Shown here: in pieces, positions 30,895-32,000 of the stretch
Numbering within the stretch: the stretch's first letter is position 1
Layout of the letters: each line of letters opens with the position of its first letter
Assembly: GCF_008065095.1 (NCBI RefSeq)
Contig: NZ_CP042911.1
Span: 6,150,001-6,182,000, forward strand
Direction: 5' to 3'
Length of the DNA: 32,000 nt
From: Gemmata obscuriglobus
GTDB taxonomy: Bacteria; Planctomycetota; Planctomycetia; Gemmatales; Gemmataceae
Translations under genes and position numbers: made by a program
The notes under the pieces: model-generated
What the model was told of the DNA's origin: nothing
The model's database searches: none
The model's input: the letters and a program-made list of their open reading frames with translations, nothing else

Positions 30895-32000
30895 GTGACC
30901 GTCGGGTTCGAGCGCGCCGGCGCCACGCGCTGGGAGTCGCCGGTGCCGTGGACCGCCGACGCGGTGGCGCTGGACGTCGGGTTCCGCGGCCCGGGGCGCG
31001 CGCGCCCCAAGTCGGAGTTTGCGCTCCGCACGCCGAGCGCCACGTTCCCCGCCGATACGATTCGCCCCGGTGGCGACGACCGGTTCCACGTCACGTTCCG
31101 GTTCCCGGTGCCGCCGGACTCAGTGTCCGCCGACCTACTGTGGCGCGGCCGCGTGGTCGAGACGCTCCTTGTGCCCGTGTTGGCCCCGACCCAGTTCCTC
31201 ACCGGCCTGACGCTCGCCGACGCGACCGTCGCGGTGCGGTTCGGTGGGACCACCGCGCCGGCGTCCGCGGTCTGTCAGCACCAGTACGACGGGCTCCTCG
31301 CCGCCGCCCTGCTCCGCAGCCCGACCGGGCTGGCACCGCTCGCGGAACTGGGGGTGCGGGTGGTGTTCCACGACTCCCGCTCGGGCACCGAGTACCCCGC
31401 AACGGTCGCGCTGGGGGCGGCGCAGCTCGCACGGTCGGAAGCGCTGGTGACGGCCGTATGTCCGGAACACCCGCAGCCGGCCGGTCCGTGGTGGGTGGTG
31501 TGGCACGCCGGCGACCGCACCCTCGCGGCGCAGCGGCTCCAGGTGGTGCCCGAAGAGAAGTTCGAACTGGGTGTGCGGGTGCTCGAAATCCGCTTCGCGC
31601 TACTCGACGCGAGCGGCACCGTTCACACCGCAAAGCAGCCGCCCGTGCTGAGCGACGCGGGCAAGATCGGACCGTGCTTCGTGCTCGCCGGGGGCGAGCC
31701 CGGGGCGGTCGGCGTGTGCCGGTTCGAGATCGTGGCGTTCGCAAGCGCCGGCCCGGACCCGAACATCCAACACACGGCCGAAGCGGTCATCACGGACGGA
31801 CCGATGGTGTTCGCCCCGGTGCTGTTCGACGTGTCCGCGCTCGCGCGCGTGAGCGGGTTCGAGTTGCGGTTGGGCGGGCGCGTCTTGGGCGTGGCGTCGC
31901 TGCGGCCGGTGCCCGCGGCGCGGGTCAACGGCGAGGGCGGGTTCGTGCCGCCCCCGGACTTCACCTGGTCGCAGGCGGCCGACGACGAACTCGCGGACCG
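30895..32000 (+). CDS. Large hypothetical protein with ~110-125-aa internal repeats (3' end beyond window)
   Basis: It is absent from the supplied track because there is no stop in the window. Frame 1 is open from 30748 to base 32000 with very high third-position GC. Start candidates are GTG 30895 and TTG 30814; there is no in-frame ATG before 31804. Three modules end in similar strings: LLWRGRVVETLLVPVL, VWHAGDRTLAAQRLQVVP and LRLGGRVLGVASLRPVP. Confidence 0.6.
   Translation, partial: MTVGFERAGATRWESPVPWTADAVALDVGFRGPGRARPKSEFALRTPSATFPADTIRPGGDDRFHVTFRFPVPPDSVSADLLWRGRVVETLLVPVLAPTQFLTGLTLADATVAVRFGGTTAPASAVCQHQYDGLLAAALLRSPTGLAPLAELGVRVVFHDSRSGTEYPATVALGAAQLARSEALVTAVCPEHPQPAGPWWVVWHAGDRTLAAQRLQVVPEEKFELGVRVLEIRFALLDASGTVHTAKQPPVLSDAGKIGPCFVLAGGEPGAVGVCRFEIVAFASAGPDPNIQHTAEAVITDGPMVFAPVLFDVSALARVSGFELRLGGRVLGVASLRPVPAARVNGEGGFVPPPDFTWSQAADDELAD

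Noticed and set aside
1-32000. Search for CRISPR arrays, tRNA/rRNA genes, transposases, integrases or phage genes
   Set aside because: I could see no regularly spaced direct repeats, no cloverleaf-like or rRNA-like segments, and no DDE, tyrosine-recombinase or serine-recombinase motifs in any frame. Without a tool such as tRNAscan-SE or Infernal, small RNAs cannot be fully excluded.

Overview
High-GC bacterial chromosomal window. By inference it comes from a Planctomycetota, Gemmataceae-like genome, because it carries a DUF1559 'H-X9-DG' pseudopilin-like protein, a DUF1573 protein and secreted WD40 paralogs. I support about 29 protein-coding genes and see no rRNA, tRNA, CRISPR array, transposase or integrase. 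Many long ORFs in the supplied track are antisense or out-of-frame shadow ORFs typical of GC-rich DNA, and several real genes start well inside the listed ORF. I re-derived those starts from N-terminal family motifs, Shine-Dalgarno-like sequences and third-position GC. Gene order: a WD40 protein cut at the 5' edge; a minus-strand tetR-ABC permease-ABC ATPase-HlyD efflux cluster (DevCAB/MacAB-like) with two near-identical palindromic operators; a CoaB-like protein; acetate kinase overlapping phosphoketolase; a minus-strand GT4 glycosyltransferase-hotdog thioesterase-prenyltransferase-repeat cluster; a DUF1559 protein with its small lipoprotein partner; a sugar-phosphate isomerase/epimerase; a DUF1573 protein; a predicted beta-barrel outer-membrane protein; an S1/P1-nuclease/PLC-superfamily zinc hydrolase; a BFD-like [2Fe-2S] protein divergent from an RCK-pore-RCK cation channel; and a tightly packed minus-strand set of alpha/beta hydrolase-WD40-PhoPQ-related (PqaA-like) protein-HpnC squalene synthase. 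The most interesting region is 28.6-32.0 kb. It is a plus-strand cassette with a 60-aa acidic protein, a 141-aa protein carrying a recognisable UBC/E2 core motif, a coiled-coil lipoprotein, a ThiF/E1-like adenylyltransferase, and a large protein with ~110-125-aa internal repeats that runs off the window. No recognisable Ubl or JAB/MPN gene is visible. The cassette sits next to a degraded gene remnant, which suggests an accessory insertion. I propose it as a candidate non-canonical bacterial ubiquitin-like conjugation system. Several long perfect or near-perfect inverted repeats in intergenic gaps are also reported.
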